Program-made: the position numbers and the translations under genes
Shown here: piece after piece, positions 39,127-48,752 of the stretch
Position numbering within the stretch: the stretch's first letter is position 1
How the letters are laid out: each line of letters begins with the position of its first letter
The notes under the pieces: model-generated
Database searches by the model: none
Told to the model about the DNA's origin: nothing
Seen by the model: the letters and a program-made list of their open reading frames with translations, nothing else
Origin: Rhizobium sp. Q54
GTDB taxonomy: Bacteria; Pseudomonadota; Alphaproteobacteria; Rhizobiales; Xanthobacteraceae
Reading direction: 5' to 3'
Assembly: GCA_945907045.1 (NCBI GenBank)
Contig: CAMDSH010000019.1
Coordinates: 649-64,648, forward strand
DNA length: 64,000 nt

Positions 39127-40161
39127 ATGAGGAGCACGATCATGGTTGCCGCCGTCACAGCAGCAATGGCGAGCGCCGCGCTGGCGCAGACGCCGCGTCT
39201 CGTCACGGAAGAAATGATGGTGCCGTCCGCCGATGCCGGCATCGAGATTTACGTGCGCAACAAGCGCCCGGCGGACATGACGAGCTTCCGAGCGGACAGG
39301 ACCATCCTTTACGTGCACGGCTCGACTTATCCCTCTCACACCGCGTTCGATCTGCAGCTCGGCGGGCAATCGTGGATGGAATACATTGCCGCGCGCGGTT
39401 ACGACGTTTATCTGCTCGACCTGCGCGGCTACGGAAAATCCACCAAGCCGAAGGAAATGAGCGAGAAGCCGGATGCGAATCCGCCAATCGTGCGCACCGA
39501 TACGGCGGTGAAGGATATTTCCTCTGTCGTCGAATTCATTCTCAAGCGGCGCAACCTCGCGAAGCTCAATCTGCTCGGCTGGTCATGGGGCACGACGCAG
39601 ATGGCCGCTTATACGGCGCAAAATCCGAACAAGGTCGAGCGGCTCGTTCTCTATGCTCCGCAATGGCTGCGCACCACGCCGACATTGATCGGCGGCTCCG
39701 GTCCGATCGCGGCTTACCGTATTGTGCGGAAAGATCAGGCTCGCGACCGCTGGCTCAACGGCGTTCCCGAAGACAAAAAAGCCGATCTCATTCCCGCCGG
39801 CTGGTTCGAGCAATGGGTCGACGCCACCTGGGCGACGGACGCGGAAGGCATGAAGAGCAATCCGCCGACATTGCGCGCGCCGAACGGCACGCTCGCCGAC
39901 ACGGCGGAATTCTGGTCGTCCGGGAAACCTTATTACGATCCGGCGAAGATCACGGTGCCGACGCTGGTCATCGGCGCGGAGTGGGATCGCGACAATCCGG
40001 CCTATATGCGCGCGGCGCTGTTTCCGTTGCTCGTCAACTCACCGGGCAAGCGCTACGTCGAACTCGCCGAAGGCACGCACACCATCATCATGGAAAAGAA
40101 CCGGATGAAGCTGTTCGAGGCGGTGCAGGCTTTCCTCGACGAGAACGGCAAGTCGTACTGA
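39127..40161 (+). CDS. secreted alpha/beta-fold hydrolase
   Basis: Signal peptide MRSTIMVAAVTAAMASAALAQ, oxyanion-region YVHGSTY, nucleophile elbow GWSWG, and C-terminal EGTHTIIMEKN. Confidence 0.8.
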   Translation: MRSTIMVAAVTAAMASAALAQTPRLVTEEMMVPSADAGIEIYVRNKRPADMTSFRADRTILYVHGSTYPSHTAFDLQLGGQSWMEYIAARGYDVYLLDLRGYGKSTKPKEMSEKPDANPPIVRTDTAVKDISSVVEFILKRRNLAKLNLLGWSWGTTQMAAYTAQNPNKVERLVLYAPQWLRTTPTLIGGSGPIAAYRIVRKDQARDRWLNGVPEDKKADLIPAGWFEQWVDATWATDAEGMKSNPPTLRAPNGTLADTAEFWSSGKPYYDPAKITVPTLVIGAEWDRDNPAYMRAALFPLLVNSPGKRYVELAEGTHTIIMEKNRMKLFEAVQAFLDENGKSY

Positions 40162-40171
40162 CCGGCGAGCC

Positions 40172-40777
40172 TTAAATCTCCACCAGCTTGTTCGGCAAAC
40201 CTTGTTTGAATGCGCCGGGCGGAAAGTGCTTCGCCAGCACGGCGCCGCATTGCTCGACGGCGGCGACGAAACCATCGCCCGCGCGGTCCTGCTTGATAGC
40301 CGACACCAGCGCTTTGATCGCATCCTCCCACACGGCGGGCGGCACTTTTTCATTGATGACGCCGTCCGCCACAATCTCGGCGTAACGCTCGGCAGCCGAG
40401 GCAAATATCAAAACACCGGTGCGGTGTTCGGTGTGATGCAGGCCCTGCGCCAGAAATTGCCGGATCGCTTCAATGTGCGCGCGATCGTGCTTTGCGCGTT
40501 TCGGGACGATGTGAAACCGGATCGCGGGCAGCGACAACAGAATGGCCAGCACAATAAACGCAATGAGCTGCGCGAGATAAATCGTGTCGGCGGGCCATGC
40601 CGTCAAAAAAATCAGCGGCAGCGGAACGAACAGCGCGATGGCCGCCGCCCATGCGATGGGAAACAGCCGGTAATCGCTGGCATGCGCCGCGATCACGCAA
40701 AATATTTCGCCCGAGGTTTTCGCTTCCGCCGCGCTGATCGCATCCGCCACGCGCTGCTTGTCCGTTTGCGAAATCAT
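40172..40777 (-). CDS. TPM-domain membrane protein (COG3762-like), last gene of LemA operon
   Basis: 201 aa. N-terminal ...I..AE.KTSGEIF.VIA, two central TM helices, and C-terminal [19 protein letters not shown]... typical of a split TPM/DUF477 fold. Confidence 0.75.
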   Translation of the reverse strand: MISQTDKQRVADAISAAEAKTSGEIFCVIAAHASDYRLFPIAWAAAIALFVPLPLIFLTAWPADTIYLAQLIAFIVLAILLSLPAIRFHIVPKRAKHDRAHIEAIRQFLAQGLHHTEHRTGVLIFASAAERYAEIVADGVINEKVPPAVWEDAIKALVSAIKQDRAGDGFVAAVEQCGAVLAKHFPPGAFKQGLPNKLVEI

Positions 40778-40786
40778 GTTTGCTCC

Positions 40787-41581
40787 TTACCAGCTTCCCG
40801 ATGCACCGCCGCCGCCCGAAGATCCGCCGCCGCCGGACGATGAACTCGAAGACCCCGAAGATCCGGACGAGCCTCCCATCGTGATCGACGTGCCCAGGAA
40901 CACGATCACGTCGAAAATACGCCAAAACCCGGTTCGTTTGGGGCTCAGCAGCCTGGCCCACGTGGCCACCTGGATGATCAATGTCAGCGACCATAACACC
41001 ATCAGCGCGACCATAAATCGCAAGAACCATTTATCGGCGTCGTCACTTGATGCCGCCGGAATTGCCGGCTGTACCGCCTCGCCGCGATCCTCGGCGGCGG
41101 CGATTAAAATGGTAGCGATGGCGTCCGCGCCTTCGTTCACGCCGCCGGAAAAATCTCCCGTGCGAAAGCGCGGCAGAATGCGGTTTTCGATGATCAGCTT
41201 GCTGGTGGCGTCGGTGAGCGAGCCTTCGAGGCCATAGCCGACTTCGATGCGCACCTTGCGCTCGTTCGGCGCAACCAGCAGCAGCACGCCGTTGTTCTTG
41301 TCCTTCTGTCCCAATTGCCAATGACGAAAGAACTGATTGGCAAAATCTTCTATCGAGGTGTCCTGCAACGATTTGACCGTCGCGACTGCGAGCTGGCCGG
41401 TAGTGCGCGTCTCCAGACGTTCGATGTTTTTAGTCAGCGAACTCTTGGTGGCTTCATCGAGTATGCCGGCTTCGTCCACCACGCGTCCGGTAAGCGGCGG
41501 AAAATCCAGCGCGGCGGCCGGCAGCGACAAGGCCAACGCCGCGAAAACGGCAAATGCGGCATGGAGAAACAGCCGTCTCAT
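40787..41581 (-). CDS. TPM-domain (YgcG-like) protein, paralog 2, Gly/Ser-rich tail ending GSW
   Basis: ATG at 41581 gives a signal peptide (MRRLFLHAAFAVFAALALSLPAAA), a TPM core (LTGRVVDEAGIL...QLAVATVKSL...KNNGVLLLVAPNERKVRIEVGYGLEG), TM segments, and a tail GGSSGSSGSSSSSSGGGGSSGGGGASGSW. Confidence 0.82.
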   Translation of the reverse strand: MRRLFLHAAFAVFAALALSLPAAALDFPPLTGRVVDEAGILDEATKSSLTKNIERLETRTTGQLAVATVKSLQDTSIEDFANQFFRHWQLGQKDKNNGVLLLVAPNERKVRIEVGYGLEGSLTDATSKLIIENRILPRFRTGDFSGGVNEGADAIATILIAAAEDRGEAVQPAIPAASSDDADKWFLRFMVALMVLWSLTLIIQVATWARLLSPKRTGFWRIFDVIVFLGTSITMGGSSGSSGSSSSSSGGGGSSGGGGASGSW

Positions 41582-41588
41582 TGGCGGT

Positions 41589-42344
41589 TTACCAGCTTCC
41601 CGACGAACCGCCGCCGCCGGACGAACCGCCGCCGCCCGAGGAGCTACTGGACGACGACGAGCTGGATGAAGAACTTGAGCTTGACCAGGACGAAGATGAA
41701 TGATTTCCCGACGAATAATTGCTGCCTCCGCCGCCAAGCCCTCGCCTGTGCATCATATAGAAAATCCAACCCGCGATCAGGAACCAGATCGTCAGGAACA
41801 CTGCCATCACTGGGATTGCTTTCGACTCGCCGGCTGATTTCTGCGCGGCGATGTTTTGCGCGCTGTTTTCGCCAAGCAACAACCCGACGAGATTGTCAAC
41901 GCCGCGCGTGATGCCGCCGGGAAAATCGTTGGCCTTGAAACGGGGGATGATCGCGTTCTCGATGATCAGCTTGGTGATCGCGTCGGTGAGCGTGCCTTCA
42001 AGGCCATAGCCGACCTCGATGCGCACCTTGCGGTCACTCGGCGCCACCAGCAGCAGCACGCCGTTGTTCTTGTCGCGCTGGCCGATGCCCCATTGCCGGA
42101 ACATCCGGTTGGCATAGTCCTCGATCGCATATCCCTGCAGCGATTTCACCGTCACCACGAACAGCTGATCGGTGTTCCTGGCTTCCAGGCCGGCGAGCTT
42201 CTCGACCAGCGCCGCGCGCGTCGCGCTGTCGAGAATGCCCGCGTCGTCGGTGACGCGCCCGGTCTGTTGCGGGAACGTCGGCGTCTGCGCGTAAGCAGCC
42301 GATGCGCCGAACAGCAATGCGAGGACCAGCAATGCGCGGCGCAT
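41589..42344 (-). CDS. TPM-domain (YgcG-like) protein, paralog 1, poly-Ser/Gly tail ending GSW
   Basis: 251 aa. Signal peptide, TPM core (QTGRVTDDAGIL...QLFVVTVKSL...KNNGVLLLVAPSDRKVRIEVGYGLEG), one TM helix, and a tail with a 16-Ser run followed by GGGGSSGGGGSSGSW. Confidence 0.85.
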   Translation of the reverse strand: MRRALLVLALLFGASAAYAQTPTFPQQTGRVTDDAGILDSATRAALVEKLAGLEARNTDQLFVVTVKSLQGYAIEDYANRMFRQWGIGQRDKNNGVLLLVAPSDRKVRIEVGYGLEGTLTDAITKLIIENAIIPRFKANDFPGGITRGVDNLVGLLLGENSAQNIAAQKSAGESKAIPVMAVFLTIWFLIAGWIFYMMHRRGLGGGGSNYSSGNHSSSSWSSSSSSSSSSSSSSSSGGGGSSGGGGSSGSW

Positions 42345-42354
42345 GGGCGCTCCG

Positions 42355-42963
42355 TCAGAACCGCACTTGCGGCGGCCGCGACAAGTCCGTCGCCGTGGTG
42401 AAGGTCTCCATCGGCTTGTTGCTCTTGTAGAGCGTTGAAGCCCAGATCACGCCGGGAAACGTGCGCAGCTCGGTGTTGTAGACGCGCACGGCTTCGATGT
42501 AATCGCGCCGCGCCACCGCGATGCGATTTTCGGTGCCTTCGAGTTGCGATTGCAGAGTGAGGAAGTTCTGGTTGGATTTGAGTTCGGGATAGCGCTCCGA
42601 TACCGCGATCAATCGCCCGAGCGCGCCGGACAACTGCGCCTGTGCTTCCTGGAATTTCTTGAACGCTTCAGGATCGTTGATGATTTCCGGCGATATCTTG
42701 ATCGAAGTCGCGTTGGCGCGCGCCGCTGTCACCGCTTCAAGCACGGTGCGCTCCTGCGCGGCAAAACCTTTCACGGTCTCGATCAGGTTTGGAATGAGAT
42801 CGGCGCGGCGCTGATACTGGTTCTGCACGTCAGACCATTTCGCCTTGGCGCTTTCCTCATGACTCGGAATATTGTTGACGCCGCAGCCCGAGAGCAGAAG
42901 CCCCAGCATCGCGGCGAGGATTGGAATGCGGATGAAACGCGCAAACGTTGCAGAGAAAGCCAT
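42355..42963 (-). CDS. lemA: LemA-family lipoprotein/membrane protein
   Basis: ATG at 42963 (GGAGAG Shine-Dalgarno). Lipobox LLLSGC|G. LemA core W.DVQNQYQRRADLIPNL..TVKG.A..E..VL..V..ARA...YPELKSN.NF..LQ.QLEGTENRI.VAR.DY...V..YN. Confidence 0.9.
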   Translation of the reverse strand: MAFSATFARFIRIPILAAMLGLLLSGCGVNNIPSHEESAKAKWSDVQNQYQRRADLIPNLIETVKGFAAQERTVLEAVTAARANATSIKISPEIINDPEAFKKFQEAQAQLSGALGRLIAVSERYPELKSNQNFLTLQSQLEGTENRIAVARRDYIEAVRVYNTELRTFPGVIWASTLYKSNKPMETFTTATDLSRPPQVRF

Positions 42964-43099
42964 GACAACTCTCCGTAAGATTCCCCAGGCGGCGTAACGC
43001 CCGCCTCTATAGGACAAGCGTAGCGCATCCTCGCGGCGAAATCAGGCTGACATTTGTCGCTCCACACTGCACATTGGTTCAGTGTCGGGGAAGTTTTTC

Positions 43100-44851
43100 A
43101 TGACGCGGACGGTGCGGTTTATCGCAGTTGTAGCCGCCTGTGCGCTGGTGACAGCGGCGTTCGCGCAGCACAAAGTAGCGGCGCAATCCTCGCCCAATCT
43201 CGAATCCACTCTGCGAATTATCCCCCCGGTTCAGGCCGTCGCCGCCCGCAACGGCATGGTGGTGGCGCAGGAGGCGCGCGCCGCCCGAATCGGCGTCCAG
43301 ATACTCGAGCGCGGCGGCAACGCGGTGGACGCCGCGGTCGCCACCGGCTTCGCACTCGCGGTCACCTATCCGCGCGCCGGAAATATCGGCGGCGGCGGGT
43401 TCATGCTGATCCATCTCGCCAAGAGCAACCAGAATATCGCCATCGATTATCGCGAGACCGCTCCGGCAGCGGCAACGCGCGAGATGTTTCTCGATGCGCG
43501 CGGCGAACCCGATGCGCGCAAATCGCGCGACTCGGCATTGGCTGTCGGCATCCCCGGCACGGTTGCCGGTCTCGCGCTGGCGCATGAGAAATACGGGTCC
43601 GGCAAATTCACGCTCGCCGAATTGATTGCGCCGGCCATCGAGCTTGCGCGCAATGGCGTCGATATCGTCGATGACACCGCCGATTCGTTGCCACGCGCGC
43701 AGGCGCGGCTCGCACGCTGGCCGTCATCGGCACCGATTTTTCTCAATTCCGACGGCGGCACGCTCACGCAGGGTCAGAGCCTCGTGCAAGGCGACCTCGC
43801 CGCCACACTCAACATCATCGCGCGAAATGGACCGCGCGGTTTCTATGAAGGCCCGGTCGCGGACAAAATCGCCACCGCGGTGCGCGCCGCCGGCGGCATC
43901 GTCACGGCGGAAGACCTGAAAAATTATCGCGCCATCGTGCGGCAAGCCGTGCGCGGCAGCTTTCGCGGTTACGACATCGTATCCATGCCGCCGCCATCTT
44001 CCGGCGGCGTGCATCTGATCCAGATGCTCAACATTCTCGAAGGCTACCAGCTCGCCGGCATGGGTCGCGTCGATGCCTTGCACCTGATGATCGAATCCAT
44101 GAAACGCGCCTACGCCGACCGCGCGGTGTTTCTCGGCGATCCCGATACGGTGAAGGTGCCGGTTGCGGGGCTCACTTCGAAAAAATACGCGGCAAGCCTG
44201 CGCGCCCTGATCAACCCCGCGCGCGCGACGCCATCAAGCGATGTGCGCCCCGGCAATCCGCTCGCGCATGAGGGCGACAACACCACGCATTTTTCCGTGG
44301 TGGATCGCGACGGCAACGCGGTCGCCAATACCTATACGCTGAATTTTTCCTATGGCCTCGGCCTGGTCGCCGACGGCACTGGTGTGCTGCTGAACAATGA
44401 GCTCGACGATTTTTCCGCCCGGCCCGGCGCCGCCAACGCCTTCGGCCTCGTCGGTTATGAGGCCAATTTGCCCGGCCCCGGCAAGCACCCGCTCTCGTCG
44501 ATGTCGCCGACCATCGTGCTCAAAGACGGCAAGGTTTTTCTCGTCACCGGCACGCCCGGCGGCAGCCGCATCATCACGACGGTGCTGCAGGTGATCGTCA
44601 ACGCCATCGATTTCGGAATGAATATCGCGCAGGCGGTCACCGCGCCGCGTTTGCATCATCAATGGCAGCCGGACGAAGTTGTGACGGAATCCGGATTTGC
44701 GCCGGAGACGTTGCGTGCGCTGGAAGCGCGTGGGCATAAAATTTCACCGCGCCCGCCTGCATCGTCCGCAAACACCATTCAGGTGACGGCGGACGGTCTC
44801 ATCGGCGCGGCCGACACACGCACGCGCGGCGCGCTGGCGGCGGGATATTAG
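43100..44851 (+). CDS. ggt: gamma-glutamyltransferase
   Basis: Signal peptide MTRTVRFIAVVAACALVTAAFA, then GGNAVDAAVA, the autoprocessing/catalytic Thr motif GDNTTHFSVVD, and GTPGGSRII. Confidence 0.93.
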   Translation: MTRTVRFIAVVAACALVTAAFAQHKVAAQSSPNLESTLRIIPPVQAVAARNGMVVAQEARAARIGVQILERGGNAVDAAVATGFALAVTYPRAGNIGGGGFMLIHLAKSNQNIAIDYRETAPAAATREMFLDARGEPDARKSRDSALAVGIPGTVAGLALAHEKYGSGKFTLAELIAPAIELARNGVDIVDDTADSLPRAQARLARWPSSAPIFLNSDGGTLTQGQSLVQGDLAATLNIIARNGPRGFYEGPVADKIATAVRAAGGIVTAEDLKNYRAIVRQAVRGSFRGYDIVSMPPPSSGGVHLIQMLNILEGYQLAGMGRVDALHLMIESMKRAYADRAVFLGDPDTVKVPVAGLTSKKYAASLRALINPARATPSSDVRPGNPLAHEGDNTTHFSVVDRDGNAVANTYTLNFSYGLGLVADGTGVLLNNELDDFSARPGAANAFGLVGYEANLPGPGKHPLSSMSPTIVLKDGKVFLVTGTPGGSRIITTVLQVIVNAIDFGMNIAQAVTAPRLHHQWQPDEVVTESGFAPETLRALEARGHKISPRPPASSANTIQVTADGLIGAADTRTRGALAAGY

Positions 44852-45051
44852 AAGTCGCCGTATTTTCCGTCGTCGTTGAAGGAGAATAGGACGCCGAGCG
44901 TCGCCAGCCCGATAACGCACAACACCGACATCAATTGCGCGAGCGGGCCTGCGGTGCCTTGTCCGGCGCCGGGGCCTTGCGCGGCGAAAGCACTGGCGAT
45001 GAACGATACGAGGAGAACGGCTGGAAGAAGAAAGCGGATGGTGCGCGGCAT
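44848..45051 (-). CDS. 67-aa small membrane/secreted protein, function unknown
   Basis: ATG at 45051 after AGGAG. Encodes MPRTIRFLLPAVLLVSFIASAFA|AQGPGAGQGTAGPLAQLMSVLCVIGLATLGVLFSFNDDGKYGDF: a signal-like helix plus a second hydrophobic helix. Its stop overlaps the ggt stop. Confidence 0.5.
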   Translation of the reverse strand: MPRTIRFLLPAVLLVSFIASAFAAQGPGAGQGTAGPLAQLMSVLCVIGLATLGVLFSFNDDGKYGDF

Positions 45052-45378
45052 GGGTTCACTCCTGATAAGGAGATACGCGCGAACGGCGATTTGGTTTCGC
45101 CGGATTACCGATTGAGCGATTTTTAGCCGGCCTTTTGATTTAACCAGCTTATCAGCCGGCTTGACGGCGGCGGCCCGAAAACAGCACGCGGCGGGGGCTT
45201 TGCGCCTGTTGCTGCTGCTGCCCGCGCCGGACAATCCGGATCGCGGCCATCGCCGTGCCCGGCGGCAGGAAAGCGCCGGCAACCGGCGTCATTCCGCCGA
45301 AGGTCTGGCGGGGCAATTCGATGATCTTGGGCGCCAAAAACCGCCGCATCTTACGCAACCCTACAAACCGGAACCCTT

Positions 45379-45453
<75 letters not shown>

Positions 45454-45551
45454 ATCCTTGAGGCAATGACGGCTTCACGCCGCCAAGGGCGTTCCTATAC
45501 CCAATAGAGACGGGGCTTTGCAACCGCGCCCGGATTCGCCATTAAAACCGC

Positions 45552-46085
45552 ATGCCAATGACGCCCCCCCAGCTGTTCGCCGCGCTCGATGCCCTCGGCA
45601 TCGCTCACGGCACCGTTAACCACCCGCCGCTGTTCACCGTGGAACAATCGCGCGCCCTGCGCGGAAAAATCCCCGGCGGGCACACCAAGAACCTGTTCCT
45701 GCGCGACAAGAAAAACGCGCTTTATCTCGTGGTCGCGCTGGAAAATGCCGAGATCGAACTCAAGAGCCTGCACCGCAGGCTCGGCGCCAACGGGCGCTTT
45801 TCCTTCGGCTCGGCCGATTTGTTGCGCGAAGTCTTGGGCGTCGTGCCGGGCGCGGTGACGCCGTTCGCGGCCATCAACGACACGCAAGCCAGAGTCACGG
45901 TGGTGCTCGACTCCGGCATGATGGAGCACGAGACGCTCAACTATCATCCGCTCGACAACACCATGACGACATCGATTGCGCGCGGCGATCTGGTGAAATT
46001 TCTCGAATCAACCGGCCACATGCCCCGGATCGAGCGGATTACGGGCAAGGATGAGGCGGCTGGCGCGGCGGACGACAGCGAATAA
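45552..46085 (+). CDS. YbaK/ProX-type aminoacyl-tRNA editing domain protein
   Basis: 177 aa. ...HPP.FTVE....L.G.IPG.HTKNLFL.DKK....LVV... and ...GV.PG.VTPF...ND match the prolyl-tRNA-synthetase-associated (ProX) family. Confidence 0.8.
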   Translation: MPMTPPQLFAALDALGIAHGTVNHPPLFTVEQSRALRGKIPGGHTKNLFLRDKKNALYLVVALENAEIELKSLHRRLGANGRFSFGSADLLREVLGVVPGAVTPFAAINDTQARVTVVLDSGMMEHETLNYHPLDNTMTTSIARGDLVKFLESTGHMPRIERITGKDEAAGAADDSE

Positions 46086-46175
46086 AGCTATGATTGCATT
46101 CGACGGCGGTATGCCCATTTAATTGGGCGGAGCTTTGTAATTTGCGCGCCCGGACGGGCTTAAGAGCGAGGACAT

Positions 46176-47108
46176 ATGCTGCAAAACGGCGGGCCGAGCG
46201 CGGGTACAGGCGTGACGACTGGAATGCCGCCCGCGGGCGACGACCTCATAAAAGATACGACCACGCAGACGTTCATGAAGGACGTGATCGAGGAATCCAA
46301 GCGCCAGCCGGTGCTGGTGGATTTCTGGGCGCCGTGGTGCGGACCGTGCAAGCAGCTCACGCCGATCATCGAGAAGGTGGTCAAGTCCGCCAAGGGCAAG
46401 GTCAAGCTCGTCAAGATGAACATCGAGGAGCATCCGGCGGTGTCCCAGCAAATGGGCATCCAGTCGATCCCGGCGGTGATCGCTTTCGTCAACGGCCAGC
46501 CGGCCGATGGATTCATGGGCGCGCTGCCCGAGGCGCAGGTCATCGCGTTTCTGGAACGCCTCACGAAAGAAAAACTCGGCGGCGGCGATACGGATTTGCT
46601 GAAAGTCGCGGACGCGGCATTGGCCGCGGGCGACGCCACCAAGGCGGCGGAAATTTACACGCAACTGCTGGCGCAGGACGGCGGCAACGTCGCCGCGCTC
46701 GCCGGCCTCGCGCGTTGTCATGTCGCAGCCGGCGCGTTCGAACCGGCCAAGCAGACGCTCGCGCTGGTGCCGGAAGCCAAGCGCAACGATCCCGCGGTGG
46801 CGGCGGCGCGCGCCGCGATCGAACTCGCCGAGCAGGCCAAATCGGTCGGGCCGGCCGACGAACTTGAACAGAAGGTCGCCGCCAATCCGCTCGACCATCA
46901 GGCGCGTTTCGATCTTGCCACCGCGCTCAACGCCAAGGGCCAGCGCGCGGAGGCGGTCAATCATCTGATCGAGATCATCAAGCGCGACCGCAAATGGAAC
47001 GAGGACGGCGCGCGCAAGCAGCTGGTGCAGTTCTTCGACGCCTGGGGTCCGACCGACGAAGCCACCGTCGATGGCCGCAAGCGGCTGTCGTCGATTTTGT
47101 TTTCGTGA
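46176..47108 (+). CDS. thioredoxin-domain protein with TPR-like C-terminal domain (YbbN/CnoX-like)
   Basis: Active-site FWAPWCGPCKQL followed by an Ala-rich helical-repeat C-domain ending ...RKQL..FF...G. Confidence 0.88.
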   Translation: MLQNGGPSAGTGVTTGMPPAGDDLIKDTTTQTFMKDVIEESKRQPVLVDFWAPWCGPCKQLTPIIEKVVKSAKGKVKLVKMNIEEHPAVSQQMGIQSIPAVIAFVNGQPADGFMGALPEAQVIAFLERLTKEKLGGGDTDLLKVADAALAAGDATKAAEIYTQLLAQDGGNVAALAGLARCHVAAGAFEPAKQTLALVPEAKRNDPAVAAARAAIELAEQAKSVGPADELEQKVAANPLDHQARFDLATALNAKGQRAEAVNHLIEIIKRDRKWNEDGARKQLVQFFDAWGPTDEATVDGRKRLSSILFS

Positions 47109-47151
47109 TGATTCTCTCATCCGGTCACGGCACCGGAAGCGGAGAAAGCCA

Positions 47152-47826
47152 ATGCCGATGAACGCCGTCTATCGCGGGCCCGTCGATCTGCCGGAAGTAA
47201 TCCCGGTGTTTCCGTTGCCGGGCGCGCTGTTGCTGCCGCGCGGGCAGATGCCGCTCAATATTTTCGAGCCGCGCTATCTCGCCATGGTCGACGACGCGCT
47301 GCGCGACGGCCACCGGCTGATCGGCATGATCCAGCCCGACACCGCGCACCCGAAGCCGGACGATAAGCCGCAGCTGTACAAGATCGGCTGCGCCGGCCGC
47401 ATCACCCAGCTCGCCGAGAGCGGCGACGGGCGCTATCTGCTCGAGCTGACTGGCGTCGCGCGGTTTCGCGTTGAACAGGAACTCAAGGTCTCCACCGACT
47501 ATCGCCAATGCCGCGTCACCTTCGCGCCGTTCGCCGACGATTTCGTCGCGCGCAAGGGCGAGGACGCGGTCGACCGCGACGCGCTGCTGCGCGCGTTGCG
47601 CGGATTTCTCAAGGTCAACAACCTGAAAGCCGACTGGGACGGCATCGAGAACGCGCCCAACGAAGCGCTGGTTAACGCGCTGGCAATGATGTCGCCGTAT
47701 GGCCCACCCGAGAAACAGGCCATGCTGGAAGCGATGGACCTCAAGTCCCGCGCGGAAATACTGGTGGCGCTGACCGAGATCGAACTGGCCAAGAACTCGA
47801 ATTCCGGCGAGACGCCGCTGCAATAA
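47152..47826 (+). CDS. LON substrate-binding (LON N-terminal) domain protein
   Basis: ATG at 47152 after [37 protein letters not shown] is the canonical Lon-N/PUA-like start. Confidence 0.85.
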   Translation: MPMNAVYRGPVDLPEVIPVFPLPGALLLPRGQMPLNIFEPRYLAMVDDALRDGHRLIGMIQPDTAHPKPDDKPQLYKIGCAGRITQLAESGDGRYLLELTGVARFRVEQELKVSTDYRQCRVTFAPFADDFVARKGEDAVDRDALLRALRGFLKVNNLKADWDGIENAPNEALVNALAMMSPYGPPEKQAMLEAMDLKSRAEILVALTEIELAKNSNSGETPLQ

Positions 47827-47870
47827 TCCTGCGCGGCATGCTAATAAGGGCAAAATCGCTGGGAGGCTTC

Positions 47871-48068
47871 ATGAGTACCACCCCGTCCATCGAACGCGCC
47901 GGCGTCGATCCGAAGCTGCTGGAAATTCTCGTCTGCCCGCTCACCAAGGGCCCGCTCGAATACGACGCGGCGCGCAAGGAGCTGATCTCGCGCAAGGCCA
48001 AGCTCGCTTATCCGATCCGCGACGACATTCCGATCATGCTGCCCGAGGAAGCCCGCAAACTGGACTGA
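47871..48068 (+). CDS. Trm112/UPF0434-family small protein
   Basis: 65 aa. [16 protein letters not shown]......LIS..A.LAYPIRD.IPIML..EAR. Confidence 0.85.
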   Translation: MSTTPSIERAGVDPKLLEILVCPLTKGPLEYDAARKELISRKAKLAYPIRDDIPIMLPEEARKLD

Positions 48069-48122
48069 GCCTCGCGATTTCGAGTTCATTCAAAACATAG
48101 AAACGAAAACAGGAAACGACCC

Positions 48123-48749
48123 ATGCTGAAAATCTGGGGGCGAAACACCTCGTCGAACGTGCAGAAGGCCATGTGGGCGGTCGGCGAACTCGGAATCAAG
48201 CACGAGCGCATCGACGTCGGCGGCAAGTTCGGCAAGAACAAGGAAGCTCCTTATCTCGCGATGAACCCGAACGGCCTGGTGCCGACGCTGGAAGAAGATG
48301 ATGGCTTCACGCTGTGGGAATCGAATTCGATCATCCGTTATCTCGCGGGCAAGCATGGCGCCGGCACGCTGGAGCCGAAAGATCCGCAAATGCGCGCGCG
48401 CGCCAGCCAATGGATGGACTGGCAATTGTCCGTCGTCGGCCCCGCGATCTTCCACGCGTTCTGGGGACTGATCCGCACCGAGCCGGAAAAGCGCGATCTC
48501 GCCGCGATCAAAACATCGCAGGATAAAACCACCGATGCGATGAAGATTCTCGACGCGCAACTGGCGAAGACCGCATTCGTGGCCGGCGATTCATTTTCCT
48601 ACGGCGACATTCCGGTCGGCGTCATGTGTTTCCGCTACCGGCACCTGGTGCCGAACCGCCCGGCGACGCCGAACCTCGATCGCTGGTACGACGCCATCGC
48701 CAAACGCAAGGCGTTCCACGATCACGTCGGCGGCATTCCGCTGACTTGA
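48123..48749 (+). CDS. glutathione S-transferase
   Basis: 208 aa. N-terminal thioredoxin-like GST fold (MLKIWGRNTSSNVQKAMWA..ELG) and ...PNGLVPTLE.DG..LWESN.I.RYL. Confidence 0.88.
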   Translation: MLKIWGRNTSSNVQKAMWAVGELGIKHERIDVGGKFGKNKEAPYLAMNPNGLVPTLEEDDGFTLWESNSIIRYLAGKHGAGTLEPKDPQMRARASQWMDWQLSVVGPAIFHAFWGLIRTEPEKRDLAAIKTSQDKTTDAMKILDAQLAKTAFVAGDSFSYGDIPVGVMCFRYRHLVPNRPATPNLDRWYDAIAKRKAFHDHVGGIPLT

Positions 48750-48752
48750 AAA

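Noticed and set aside
41600-41700. Poly-serine/glycine coding tract as a slipped-strand (phase-variation) repeat
   Set aside because: The 16-Ser run and the Gly/Ser tail are encoded by a mixture of different Ser and Gly codons, not a homogeneous short tandem DNA repeat. Slippage-based switching is therefore unlikely.
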